This document shows positions 23,000 through 35,134 of a stretch of DNA of 64,000 bases, in pieces. This DNA comes from Mobula hypostoma (Eukaryota): assembly GCF_963921235.1 (NCBI RefSeq), contig NC_086107.1:113648001-113712000 (forward strand). The letters run 5' to 3'. Numbering within the stretch: position 1 is the stretch's first letter; each line of letters begins with the position of its first letter. Below the pieces are notes generated by a model. It was not told the origin of the DNA. It did not search any database and saw nothing but the letters and a program-made list of their open reading frames with translations. Made by a program: the position numbers and the translations under genes.

Positions 23000-24106
23000 T
23001 TCAGAAAGTTAGAAGGCATGGGATCCAGGGAAGTTTGGCCAGGTGGATTCAGAATTGGCTTGCCTGCAGAAGGCAGAGGGTGGTGGTGGAGGGAGTACAT
23101 TCAGGTTGGAGGATTGTGACTAGTTGTGTCGCACAAGGATTGGTTCTGGGACCTCTACTTTTCGTGATTTTTATTAACGACCTGGATGTGGGGCTAGAAG
23201 GGTGGGTTGGCAAGTTTGCAAACGACACAAAGGTTGGTGGTGTTGTAGATGGTGTAGAGGATTGTCAAAGATTGCAGAGAGACATTGATAGGCTGCAGAA
23301 GTGGGCTGAGAAGTGGCAGATGGAGTTCAACCCGGAGAAGTGTGAGGTGGTACACTTTGGAAGGACAAACTCCAAGGCAGAGTACAAAGTAAATGGCAGG
23401 ATACTTGGTAGTGTGGAGGAGCAGAGGGATCTCGGGGTACATGTCCACAGATCCCTGAAAGTTGCCTCACAGGTGGATAGGGTAGTTAAGAAAGCTTATG
23501 GGGTGTTAGCTTTCATAAGTCGAGGGATAGAGTTTAAGAGTCACGATGTAATGATGCAGCTCTATAAAACTCTGGTTAGGCCACACTTGGAGTATTGTGT
23601 CCAGTTCTGGTCACCTCACTATAGGAAGGATGTGGAAGCATTGGAAAGGGTACAGAGGAGATTTACCAGGATGCTGCCTGGTTTAGAAAGTATGCATTAT
23701 GATCAGAGATTAAGGGAGCTAGGGCTTTACTCTTTGGAGAGAAGGAGGATGAGAGGAGACATGATAGAGGTGTACAAGATAATAAGAATAGATAGAGTGG
23801 ATAGCCAGTGCCTCTTCCCCAGGGCACCACTGCTCAATACAAGAGGACATGGCTTTAAGGTAAGGGGTGGGAAGTTCAAGGGGGATATTAGAGGAAGATT
23901 TTTTACTCAGAGAGTGGCTGGTGCGTGGAATGCACTGCCTGAGTCAGTGGTGGAGGCAGATACACTAGTGAAGTTTAAGAGACTACTAGACAGGTATATG
24001 CAGGAATCTAAGTTGGGGGCTTATATGGGAGGCAGGGTTTGAGGGTCGGCACAACATTGTGGGCCGAAGGGCCTGTACTGTGCTGTACTATTCTATGTTC
24101 TATGTT
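23000..24106 (+). mobile_element. CR1 LINE, young 5'-truncated copy (open ORF2 C-terminal 335 aa)
   Basis: ORF 23035-24042: WIQNWLACRRQRVVV..QGLVLGPLLFVIFINDLD..KFANDTK (catalytic ADD mutated)..LVRPHLEYCVQFWSP..TRGH..FFTQRV..WNALP. Ends in a (TTCTATG)n tail. Confidence 0.92.
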
Positions 24107-24392
24107 TGTCAGACCTTTACCCTCACACTGAACCTGTATATATCCCTCTTACTCTCCTATTCTTTTGTACATACGTAGTAAAAAGTCAAAATCTCTGCAA
24201 TACACCACTTATTGTATCTTGGCAGACATTAAAAAACAATTTGGTTACTTTCTGTGTCCTGTTTGCCAGTAAATCTTCTATCCAGGCCAGTATGTTATAT
24301 CTCATATCAACAACTGTCATTTTCCATTGTATGTGGCACCTTACCAAAACCCTTCTGGAGATCTGGGTATAAAATAATCCTGTTCATCCACT

Positions 24393-24817
24393 CAGCATCA
24401 TCATCATCACCATCAGGTGCCGTGCCCAGTTTGAGCTTTGACTGTCATGGCCCACACACTCCTGTTTCGGGTCAAGTGGATCAATTCACTGGTATTCATT
24501 TCCAGTTCTCTGGCTGCTGTCTCCATCATCATTTCTCTTTGTCTTCCTCTTCCCTTCAATCTTTCCCATAACTACCGCATATTCTTACTCCTCTTTCCTG
24601 ATCAGATGTCCCATGAAGTTACGTTGCCTTTTCATGATCTCATACATTGTTTCTCTTTTTGCATTTGCTCTGTTCATGACATCCTCATTAGATATTCATT
24701 TCGTCCACGATATTCTTTGCATCCTCCTCAAAAACCACATCTCTGCTGCTTCAATTCGTTTCTTCATGTTACTAGATATTGTCCAACATTCTGAGCCATA
24801 TAACATAACTGTCTTGA
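24393..24817 (-). mobile_element. RTE-clade LINE 3' end
   Basis: Minus strand encodes LYGSECWTISSNMKKRIEAAEMWFLRRMQRISWT...GKIEGK...RNRSVW and ends in a (TGA)n tail. Confidence 0.75.
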
Positions 24818-25511
24818 AGGCAGGAGGAGAAGATGGTGGCTCAGTGCAGCTCGCAGCAGCCACTCCGGTGGTGATTTGTCTCTGTTATCTGTCAAGTAGG
24901 GTGCCGTGCACAATCCTGATTTGATAGAGACGGACGTGAGAGCACGGAGGAACATCTGGTGAAACTTCTGAAATGCCTGCTTCGCTGCTGCTGCTGTGTG
25001 GTCCAGAATCTCTGGAGGGGAAGGCCCCAAGTCCTCGGCTTTGCCTGTGGCTCGGCGGCTGGGCCGGGGTCGAAGTGCTCGGCAGAGGATGGAGCTCGGT
25101 GCTTGGTTTCGAAGGGCTGGTCAGAGGCTCAAAGTTTTTGGACGGACTCAGAGTCTGCTGCGGTCGGGTGCTTCCAACGGTGCTGCATCGGCAAGTTGGC
25201 GGCGCTTGGAGGTTCATGGCGGGGAGAGTTCCTCCCTTCTGCCGTCTGCGTGAGGTGATGGGGCTATCGGGACTTTGAGACTTTCTTTTACCGTGCCCAT
25301 GGTCTGCTCTTTATCAAATTACGATATTGCTTTGCACAGTTGTAACTATATGTTACAATTATGTGGTTTTGTCAGTTTTAGTCTTGGTTTGTCCTGTGTT
25401 CTCTTGTGATATCATTCTGGAGGAACGTTGTATCATTTTTAATGCATGCATTTCTAAATGACAATAAATGAGGACTGAGTGTCCTCATAATTTAATCTAA
25501 TTCAATCTAAT
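24818..25511 (+). mobile_element. Non-autonomous ~690-bp retroposon (same family as 3744-4413)
   Basis: TSD TGTCTTGA (24810-24817 / 25512-25519), head GGAGAAGATGGTGGC, (AATCT)n-like tail. Confidence 0.75.
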
Positions 25512-25732
25512 TGTCTTGACGCTGTTGTTGTGTGATACATTTTGTGGTTTTCTTAACAAATAGATTCAAGGAAACCTAGTATCTATCAACAGTGGTTTGC
25601 TATTTCTTTAAGGACTAACAATAACTTGGTCACGCATAGGCTGCCTTTCACAAAATCATTTTGATATGTCTAATTATCTGTAATTTTAATGCTTTGGCCT
25701 AGTTTCTAACACTTTCCCTTTGGCAAATATTA

Positions 25733-25815
25733 TGAGGCAATGCTTCACCTGTGAATCTGTTGGGGTTGTCCACTGTATCTGGTGCTCCCAATGTGATCTC
25801 CTCTACATTGGGGAA
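25733..25815 (+). pseudogene. Penelope-like GIY-YIG endonuclease fragment
   Basis: Translates RQCFTCESVGVVHCIWCSQCDLLYIG, homologous to 31672-31748. Confidence 0.6.
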
Positions 25816-25934
25816 AGGCCACGTAGACTTCACTTTATGTTTCGATGTACATGTGATAAATAAGAAGTAATTTTTTAAATCCAGAAGTCACCAATAGCAA
25901 AATCAGAGCCCTTAACTACAGAGGCTTAGTAAAT

Positions 25935-26240
25935 AACATGCACAATATGATGGAGGAATTCAGCAGGTCAGGCATCATCCATGAAAATGAATGAACAGTG
26001 GATGTTTCAGGCTGAGACCCTTCATCAGGACTGGAAAGGAAGGGAAAAGATGCCAGAATAAGAATAAGAAGATTGGCAGAGAGGAAGGAGGACAAATTAG
26101 AATGTGATAGTGAAACCAGGTGGGTGGGAAAGGTAAAGGGCTGGAGAAGAAGGAATCTGACATGAGGGGAGAGAGGACCATGGGAGAAAGAGAAGGAAGA
26201 GGGGCACCTGGAGGAGGTGAGAGGCAAGTGAGGAGAAGAG
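25935..26240 (-). mobile_element. Penelope-like pLTR with hammerhead (25997-26032)
   Basis: Minus strand AGTCCTGATGAAGGGTCTCAGCCTGAAACATCCACT: core boxes intact, with one stem I mismatch. Confidence 0.7.
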
Positions 26241-26242
26241 GT

Positions 26243-26653
26243 GAGAATTTGTGGTTGGACTTGAAAAGGGCTGTTCACTCACAATCCCCATGCAATCTGA
26301 CAGAGCTTGAGCAGGTTTGTAAAAAAGAATGGGGGAAAATTGCAGTGTCCAGATATGCAAAGCTGATACAGACTTATCCACACAGACTTGAGGCTGTAAT
26401 TGCTACCAAAGTTGCACCTACTAAATACTGACTTGAAGGAGGTGACTAATTATAAAATCCATTATTTTGTGTTTACTAATTGTAATACATTTAGAAGAAT
26501 TTATAGAAATTTGTTTTCAGTTTGACAGGAAAGAGTATTTTCTGTTGATCAGTGTCAAAAAAAAAGCCAAATTAACTCCACTGTGATTCAGTGTTGTAAG
26601 ACAATAAAACATGAAAACTTCTAAGGGGGCATGAATACTTTTTATAGGCACTG
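26243..26653 (+). mobile_element. Tc1 transposon right end (transposase C-terminus and TIR)
   Basis: Encodes ENLWLDLKRAV..PCNLTELEQVCKKEWGKI..KLIQTYPHRLEAVIATKVAPTKY*. Ends ...GAATACTTTTTATAGGCACTG. Confidence 0.8.
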
Positions 26654-27789
26654 TCAATGTACTTTAAATCTTTGGATCTTTTCCACCCACAGATGCTGCT
26701 CAATCTGCAGAGTTCCTCTACCAGATTCTTTGTTGCCCCGTATTCCAGCATCTGTATTTTCTTTGAGTCACAGTACAGCCACAGCCAGGCCTTTCAGCCC
26801 ATCCAGTCTGTGCTAACTATTACTATGCCTAGTCCCAGCAACCCTTTACCATAGAATCATCGGAGTACTTGTGCCTCCTTTGTATTTCTCTGTTTTTGTT
26901 TCCCTTGAATTTTTGAATAAATGAGTTAATCTTTTTTTAATCTAATGGAGACTTCTCCAAATATGGGCAGTTTTAGAAAATTAAGACCAGTCCATCAGCT
27001 ATCACACTGGCCATATGATACAACACAGAACATCAGAATCAGGTTGGATATCACTGGCATATGTTGTGTAATTTGTCTTTGCAGCAGCAGTACAATGCCA
27101 TACATAATAATAGAGAAAAAAATAAGCAGAGTGAAAAATAGAATTTTAAAAAAGTAGTGAGGTAGTGTTCATGGGTTCATTGTCCATCCAGAAATAGGAT
27201 GGCAGAGGGGAAGAAGCTGTTCCTGAATTGTTGAGTGTGGCTGCAGGCTCCTGTACCTCCTCCCTGATGGTAGCAGTGAGAACAGGGCATGACCTGGGTG
27301 ATGGGGGTCCCTTATGACGGATGCCGCACTGTTCCTTGAAGACGTGCTGGATATTACAGAGCCTAGTGCCCATGATGGAGCTGACTGAGTTTACAACTCT
27401 CTGCAGCTTATTTCGATCCTGTGCAGTTGACTCCCCAACCCATATCAGATGGTGATGCAACCAGTCTCCATGGTACATCTGTAGAAACTTTCCAGTGTGT
27501 TTGGAGACATAGCAAATCTTCTCAAACTCCTAATGAAATATACTCGCTGTCGTGCCTTCTTGGTAGCTGCATCGATATGTTGGGCCCAGGATAGAACATA
27601 AATCATACAACATAGAACATAAAGCCATAGACCATATCAGAAACTGAATTAGGCCATTCAGCCCATTGAGTCTGCTCTACCATTCTATCATGGCTGATTT
27701 ATTATCCCTCTCAACTCCATTCCCCTCCCTTCACCCCCACTAATCTTTGATACCCTTACTAATCAAGAACCTATCAACCTCAACTTTGA

Positions 27790-28835
27790 ATAGGAGGCAG
27801 CGAGTGGGAATAAAAGGATCCTTTTCTGGTTGGCTCCCAGTGACTAGTTGTGTTCCGCAGGGGTCAGTGCTGGGACCACTTCTTTTTATGCTGTATATCA
27901 ATGATTTAAATGATCAAATAGATGGCTTTGTTACTAAGTTTGTAGATGATACGAAGATTGGTGGAGGGGCAGGTAGTGTTGAGGGAACAGGTAGGATGCA
28001 GAAGGATTTAGACAGATTAGGAGAATTGGCAAGAAAGTGGCAAATGAAATACAATGTTGGAAAATGCATGGTCATGCTCTTTGGTAGAAGAAATAAATGT
28101 GCAGGCTATTTTCTAAACAGGGAGAAAATCCAGGAATCTGAGATGTAAAGGGACTTGGGAGTCCTTGTGCAGAACATCCTGAAGTTGAGTCCGGTGTGCA
28201 TTCATTTCAAGAGGTCTAGAATACAAGAGCAAGGATGCGATGCTGAGGCTTTATAAGGCACTGGTGAGGCCTCACCTCGAGTATTGTGAACAGTTTTGAG
28301 CCCCTCATCTAAGAAAAGATGTGCTAGCTTTGGAGAGGGTCCAGAGGAGGTTCACAAGGATGATTCCAGGAATGAAAGGGTTATCATACAAGGAACGTTT
28401 GATGGCTTTGGGTCTGTACTCACTGGAATTTAGAAGGATGGGGAGGGATCTCATTGAAACCTTTCAAATGTTGAAAGGCCTAGACAGAGTAGATGTGGAA
28501 AGGATGTTTCCCATGGTGGGAGAGTCTAGGACAAGAGGGCACAGCCTCAGGATAGAGGGGCCCCATTTCAAAACAGAGATGCAAAGAAATTTCTTTAGCC
28601 AAAGGGTGGTGAATTTGTGGAATTTGTTACCACATGCAGCTGTGGAGGCCATGTTGCTGGGTGTACTTAAGGCAGAGGTTGATAGGTTCTTGATTGGACA
28701 TGGCATCACAGGGAGAAGGCCGAGAACTGGGGTTGAGAGGATAAATAAAAGGGACCAGCCATGATTGAATGGCAGAGCAGACTCGATGGGCCTGATGGCC
28801 TAATTCTTCTTCCCTGTCTTATGGTCTTATGGTCT
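27790..28835 (+). mobile_element. CR1 LINE, 5'-truncated, inserted in an opposite-strand CR1 (27600-27785 and 28835-29150)
   Basis: ORFs 27747-28148 (VPQGSVLGPLLFMLYINDL..KFVDDTK) and 28321-28764. Tail (TCTTATGG)n. Confidence 0.85.
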
Positions 28836-29463
28836 AAATATACCCAATGACTTGGCCACCACTGCCACTGAATTCCAGATTTGCCAACCTCTGGTTAAAA
28901 TAAATTCCCCTTAACTCTGTTCTAAAGGGATGTTCCTCCATTCTGAGGCTGTACCCTCTGGCCCTAGACTTCCTCACTATAGTAAATGTCTTCTCTAGGT
29001 CCACTCTATCTAGGCCTTTCCATATTCGATAGGTTTCAATAAGGTTCCCCCCCCCCACCTTCTAAGCTCCAGCAAGTACAGCCCCAGAGCCATCAAACAC
29101 TCCTCATATGTTAATCCTTCCATTCCTAGAATAATTCTTGTGAATCTTTATTCCCTTTCCAACTGGAAGATACAAAAGCTTGAGAAAAAAGCCACCATGA
29201 CAGCTGTTAGAAGACTTTTGAATGGACCTCTTATAACACAGAACATTACAGTACAAACTCTTCAGCCCAGAATGTTGTACTGACCTTTTAACCTATTCCA
29301 AGATCCATCTAACCCTTCTCTCCTACATAGCCCTCCATTTTTCTATCATCATGTACTATTCTCAGAGCTTCTTAAATCTCCCAATTGTACCTGCCTCTAC
29401 TTCCACCTATGGCATCCCCTTCCGACATCCCCCTTATACTTTCCTCCAATCTCCTTAAAATTA

Positions 29464-29905
29464 TAAACACAAGAGATTCTGCAGATGCTGGAAACCCAAA
29501 GCAATGCACAGAAAATTCTGGAGCAACTCAGCAGGTCATGCATAGATAGTCAACATTTTGTGTGAGGCCCTTCTTCAGGACTGAGAAGGAAAGGGAAAGA
29601 TGCCAGAATAAAAAGGATGTGGGGGGAGAGAAAAGGTGCTAGCTATGATAGGTGAAGCCAGGTGGGTGGGAAAGGTCAAGAGCTGGAGAGGTGGAGGAAG
29701 GGGAGGAGAGTGAGCCATAGCAGAAAGGGAAGGAGGAAGGCACCCAGGGGAAGGTGACAGGGGAGGTGAGAAGTAAAAGGTCAGAGTGAGGAATAGAGAA
29801 ATTTGTTTACCAAAAGGAGAAACCAATATTCATACTATCAGCTTGGAAGGCATTGCTCCTCCACCCTGAAGGTGGCCTCATCTTGGCACGAGGAGGCCGT
29901 GGGCT
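29464..29905 (-). mobile_element. Penelope-like element 3' end (endonuclease C-terminus remnant plus pLTR, degenerate hammerhead 29548-29583)
   Basis: Minus strand encodes HGLLVP.DEATFRVEEQ.. then the pLTR. Homologous to 60540-61470. Confidence 0.65.
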
Positions 29906-30502
29906 GACTCTTCTCAACTGCCTAATACTTCCCCCAGGTCGCAACATGTTGAAGTTTTGAAAGAATGTGAAAGAACAAGATCATCCAGGCCACGCTCTCC
30001 ATTAGGAAGGAGGTATAGGAGCCTTAGGGCTCATACCAGCAGGTCCAGGGAAGTTATTACCCTGTAACCATCCGGGTCCTGAACCGGTGTGGATAACTTC
30101 ACTCACCTCAACACTGAACTGATTCCACTACTGACAGACTCACTTTCAAGGACTCTACAACTCATGTTCTCAGCATTATTTATTAAACATTATAATTTGT
30201 TTGTATTTGTACTGTTTGCCTTTTTCACATTGGTTGCATTACATTTTATTTTTGCGTGTTTTTTTTATTCTATTGTATTTCTTTGCTCTACTGTGAAAGC
30301 TCGCAAGAAATTGAATCCAGGGCAGGGCGAGACATTTCAGCCTCTTGGACATGGTCTGCCAATCAATATGATTAGAGTCATAGAATCATAGAACAGTACA
30401 GCATAGAAACAGGCCTTTGGCCCATCTAGTCCATGCCAACCCATTTCCTGCCCAGTCCACTGCAGTAGGCCATAGCCCTCCAAGCCCCTCTCATCCATGC
30501 AC

Positions 30503-31200
30503 CATAAGACATAGGAGCAGAATTAGATTATTTGGCCCATTGGGCCTGTTCTATTTCATCATGTCTGATCCTATTTTCCTCTCAGCCCCAATCTCCTGCC
30601 TTCTCCCCGTATCCCTTCATGCCCTGACCAATCAGGAATCTATCAACCTTACACATACATGAAGACTCGGCCTCCACAGCTGCTTGTGGCAAAGAATTCC
30701 ACAGATTCACCACTCTCTGGCTGAAGAAATTCCTTCTCATCTCCGGTCTAAAATGACGCCCATCTAATCTGAATCTGTGTCTTCTGGTCTTAGACTTTCC
30801 CACCATAGGAAACATCCTCTCCACATCCACTCTATCAAGATCTTTCACCATTCGATAAGTTTCAATGAGGTCACCCCTCATTCTTCTGAATTCTATTGAA
30901 CACTTAGAGCCATCAGATGCTTTTCATATGACAAGCCATTCAATCTGGAATTATTCTCATGAGCCTCCTTTGAACCCTCTCCAGTTTCAGCACATCCTTT
31001 CTAAGATAAGGAGCCTAAAACTGTTCACAATACTCCAGGAGAGGCCTCACCAGTGCTTTATAAACTTTCAACATTACATCCTTGCCTTTATGTTCTAGTC
31101 CTCTTGAAATGAATGCTAACTATGCATTTGCCTGCCTCACCATAGATTCAACCTGCAAATTAATCTTCAGGGAATCCTGCAGAAGGACTCCCAAGTCCCT
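30503..31200 (-). mobile_element. CR1 LINE 3' fragment
   Basis: ORF 30582-30881(-) MRGDLIETYRMVKDLDRVDVERMFP...RNFFSQRVVNLWNSLP. Confidence 0.8.
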
Positions 31201-31202
31201 TA

Positions 31203-31270
31203 CACTTCCTCCCTGACCACCATTCAAGGCCCCAGACAGTCCTTCCAGGTGAGGCGACACTTCACCTGTA
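31203..31270 (+). pseudogene. Penelope-like endonuclease-linker fragment
   Basis: Translates TSSLTTIQGPRQSFQVRRHFTC, which overlaps the RHFTC start of the GIY-YIG fragment at 31672. Confidence 0.55.
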
Positions 31271-31299
31271 AATCGATAGGAACATTGCGAATTGCTTTA

Positions 31300-32760
31300 G
31301 CTGCAAGAGAAAGTTGAGGCATTGGTGAGCTTTCTTGACTGTGACAGAAGTGTGGTTGGACTGGGGGACAGGCTACTGGCGAAGTTCACATATACCCACC
31401 TGAATCTCTGAGCCCTCTCAACAGCAGCATTGAGGTAGACAGAAGCATGTGTACTTCTCCCACTTCTGAAGTCAACGACCAGCTCTTGTGTTTTATTGAC
31501 CTCCAGGGAAAGGTTGTTGTCATGACAACATGTGACCAGGCTCTCCATCTCCTCCAACACACATAAAAAATACTGGTGAACGCAGCAGGCCAGGTAGCAC
31601 CTATAGGAAGAGGTACAGCTGACGTTTCGGGCCGAGACCTTTCGTCAGGACTAACTGAAAGAAGAGATAAAGCGACACTTCACCTGTGAGTTGGCTGGGG
31701 TGATATACTGCGTCCGGTTCTCCCAATGTGGCCTTCTATATATTGGAGGAACAACACCTTATATTCCACCTGGGTAGCCTCTAACCTGATGGCATGAACA
31801 TTGACTCCTCTAACTTCCATTAATGCCCCTCCTCCCCCTTGTACCCCATCCGTTATTTATTTATTTATTTATTATTGTTGTTAGGTTTTTTTTCTCTCTC
31901 TCTCCTTTTTCTCCCTCTGTCACTCTCACTATACCCCTTGCCCATCCTCTGGGCTTCCCCCCTCCCCCTTTTCCTTCTCCCTGGGCCTCCCATCCCATGA
32001 TCCTCTCATATCCCTTTTGCCAATCACCTGTCCAGCTCTTGGCTCCATCCCTCCCCCTCCCGTCTTCTCCTATCATTTCGGATCTCCCCCTCCCCCTTCC
32101 ACTTTCAAATCTCTTACTAGCTCTTCCTTCAGTTAGTCCTGACGAAGGGTCTCGGCCCAAAACGTCAAGTGTACCTCTTCCTAGAGATGTTCCCTGGCCT
32201 GCTGCGTTCACCAGCATTTTTTGTGTGTGTTGCTTGAAATTCCAGCATCTGCAGATTTCCTCCTGTTTGTGCTCTCTATCTCCTTCCTGTACTGACTCAC
32301 TGTAATTTGAGATACCACCCACTACAGTGATATCATTTACAAACTCGTAGATGGAGTTGGAGCGGGATCTGGACGCACAACCTTGAGTGTACAGGGAGTA
32401 GAGGAGGGAGCTGAGGACTCAATCCTTGTGGAGGACCAGTGTTTAGAATAATTGTGGCGGACGTGTTTCTGTCTGTTTTTAGCGATTGCGGACTGTTGGT
32501 CAGGAAGTCCAGGGTCCAGTTGCAGAGGGAGACGTTAACTCCCGGGGTCTGGAGTTTGCTGATGAGTTTGTTTGGAATAACAGTATTGAAGGTGGAGCTG
32601 TAGTCAATAAGCAAGTCTGATGTAGATGTCTTGACTGCCCAGACCCTCCAGAGATGAGTGCAGGGCCAGGGAAAATGTGTCCACAGCAGACCGGTATCGG
32701 TGGTAGGCAAATTGCATTGGGCTGAGGTCGTCTGGAAAGTTGGAGATCATGCGTGCATTC
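31300..32760 (-). mobile_element. Decayed Rex1/Babar-like LINE RT region, split by the Penelope-like insertion at 31554-32270
   Basis: ORFs 32333-32710(-) LIDYSSTFNTVIPNKLISKL..LCNWTLDFLTN..TGPPQG and 31297-31560(-) CHDNNLSLEVNKTQELVVDFR. Confidence 0.7.
31554..32270 (+). mobile_element. Penelope-like element: inverted partial pLTR, internally deleted GIY-YIG endonuclease, forward pLTR
   Basis: TSD GCTCTCCATCTCCT / GCTCTCTATCTCCT (31540-31553 / 32271-32284). 31672-31820 encodes RHFTCELAGVIYCVRFSQCGLLYIG / EQHLIFHLGSL*PDGMNIDSSNF. Hammerheads at 31617-31652(-) and 32135-32170(+), both mutated. Confidence 0.85.
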
Positions 32761-32976
32761 TGCATTGTTACTGATTTACTTTGTTCTTGTCATGAGGCCT
32801 GCAGCCTCTGCGGCTTCCAGGATTTGTGAACACCTGTATTTACTAATCATTATCTTAACTAGGGTCATTAAGCCCTTGTAATTTCAGTTTAATCCGGTCA
32901 AATTAATTGCAACTGGCGCCGGTTTCCTGCATTATTTGAGTATTTATAGGATTAGTGCAGTCATTGTGTTAGAGAG

Positions 32977-33092
32977 CAACACACATCAAAGTTGCTGGTG
33001 AATGCAGCAGGCCAGGCAGCATCTATAGGAAGAGGCGCAGTCGACGTTTCAGGCCGAGACCCTTCGTCAGGACTAACTGAAGGAAGAAGGAA
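32977..33092 (-). mobile_element. Penelope-like pLTR mini-insertion
   Basis: TSD TTAGAGAG (32969-32976 / 33093-33100). Confidence 0.75.
33039..33074 (-). ncRNA. Minimal type I hammerhead ribozyme (intact fold)
   Basis: Minus strand AGTCCTGACGAAGGGTCTCGGCCTGAAACGTCGACT, identical to 11251-11286. Confidence 0.8.
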
Positions 33093-33179
33093 TTAGAGAG
33101 AATGGTTTGTTGTGTGGTGTTACTCATTGTCCCCGAGGCTCTGTTGGTATTCCCCTTGTTTGAATTTGAATTTCTATTT

Positions 33180-34225
33180 ATTTATTTTAATCTTACATCT
33201 GTCCTACAATGTATGAGAGTAAAAATCTTTGTGTTATAACTCTGTCACAATGTACAGACAGGTGAATTTTTGTAGTAAGACCTGTTGGTCCTGGCTTTAA
33301 TGCTGCGGTACCGTTTGCCAGATGGAAGCAGCTGAGACAGTTTATGGTTGGGGTGACTGGTGTCCCCGATAATCTTCCAGACCTTCTTTCTGCACCTGCT
33401 GCTACAAATGTCCTCAATGAAGGGAAGTTCACATCCACGGATGAATGGTGCCCCTGTAGAAGGTCTTGAGGTCTGGGGGCAGGGGTGGTCATGCTGAACT
33501 TCTTCAGTTGTCTGAGGTGGAAGAGACGCTGTTGTGTTTTTTTTTGCCGCACTGCTGGTGGGTACAATCCAGGTGAGATCTTCAGTGATGTGTATACTGA
33601 GGAACCTGAAACTATTCACCCTTTCAACTGCAGACCCATTGATGTTGATCGGGGCGAGCCTGTCTCCGTTCCTCCTGTAATCCATGATCAGCTGTTTTGT
33701 TTTTTGGATATTGAGGGAGAGGTTGTTATTTTGGCATCACTGTGTCAGAGTGTCAACCTCTCCTCTGTAGGCTGTCTCGTCATGGCTGGAAATAAGGCTG
33801 ATCAAAGTTGTGCCATCTGTGAATTTGATCAGCAGATTGGAGCTGTGTGAGGCAGCACAGTCATGGGTGTAAAGGGAGAAGAGGAGGGGACTCAGGACAC
33901 AACCCTGGGGGCACCTGTGAGGAGCAGAGGTGGGGGAGCCCATCCTCGCCACCTGAAGGTAATCTGATGGGAAGTCTTGGATCCAGCTGCATGACGCGGG
34001 GTGCAGGCTGAGGTCTCTGAGCTTCCTGTCGAGTCTGGAATTGTAATGTTGAATGCTGAACTGTAGTCCAGGAAAGCGTTCCAACGTAAGCATCCCTCTT
34101 CTCCAGGTGAGTGAGGACGGTGTGTAGTGCTGTGGCTATGGCGTCATCGGTAGGCGAATTGTTGGGGATCCAGTGTGGGGGATAGCATGCTGCAGATGTA
34201 GTCTTTAACCAGCCTCTTAAAGCAT
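33180..34225 (-). mobile_element. Rex1/Babar-like LINE, RT C-terminal half
   Basis: ORFs 33737-34093(-) [33 protein letters not shown] and 33245-33685(-) DYRRNG..VERVNSFRFLSIHITEDLTW..LLPSGKRYRS. Confidence 0.8.
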
Positions 34226-34683
34226 AGGCTTATAATTGAGTTAAGTGCGACAGGTCGCCAATCGTTCAGGCATGCTGCCTTGGTTTCTGTGTCTTCATTC
34301 TTCTGCTCCCGGGATCAAATCATTGTCAGCACTTCCCACGACAGGGAAAGCGGGCTGTTCCCACACCCTTGGTTCCAGCCCGTCCTCCGAGAGCACACTG
34401 ACAGTTCTACTTCAAAGCACAGAGTGATAATCTTATCTGCATGAGCAGCATGCAAGGCAAGCTTTTCACTGTGTCTCAGTACCTGCAATCCAATTCCAAT
34501 TCCAGTGGCTTTGCCTCCACGTTCCCCTATGGCGATGAAGTCCAGCAATTCTCCACCCTCTGTGGTCAATCTGTGAACTCAGCTAAGCTAATAACTACCT
34601 CATAGCGCAAGAACCTGTCAACTTGTAAAACTTATAAATTGTTATAACAATTTCTAATTTTGCTCATGCAAAAACAAACAGTT

Positions 34684-34968
34684 CGAGGATAAAGGGGAAG
34701 CCTTTTAGGACCGAGATGAGGAAAAACTTCTTCACACAGAGAGTGGTGAATCTGTGGAATTCTCTGCCACAGGAAACAGTTAAGGCCAGTTCATTGGCTA
34801 TATTTAAGAGGGAGTTAGATATGGCCCTTGTGGCTACGGGGATCAGGGGGTATGGAGGGAAGGCTGGTACAGGGTTCTGAGTTGGATGATCAGCCATGAT
34901 CATACTGAATGGCGGTGCAGGCTCGAAGGGCCGAATGGCCTACTCCTGCACCTATTTTCTACGTTTCT
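34684..34968 (+). mobile_element. CR1 LINE 3' end
   Basis: Encodes RIKGKPFRTEMRKNFFTQRVVNLWNSLP, followed by the CR1 3'UTR. Confidence 0.8.
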
Positions 34969-35134
34969 AAGAAATGAAGATTGATTCAGGCAATAATTGT
35001 GACCCTGAAGTAGTGGATATGACCCAGTCTGTCACAGGAAAAGCTCGCCCCACCATTGAGCACTATCACAAGAAGGTTTTTGTTTGTGAGAGAGTGTCTG
35101 AACTGAGGCGACCTCAGACGAAGATTCACTCTCT

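Noticed and set aside
23035..24042. 335-aa ORF as a host or domesticated gene
   Set aside because: It is a 5'-truncated CR1 ORF2 with the catalytic ADD changed to AND, followed by a normal CR1 tail. Openness reflects youth.
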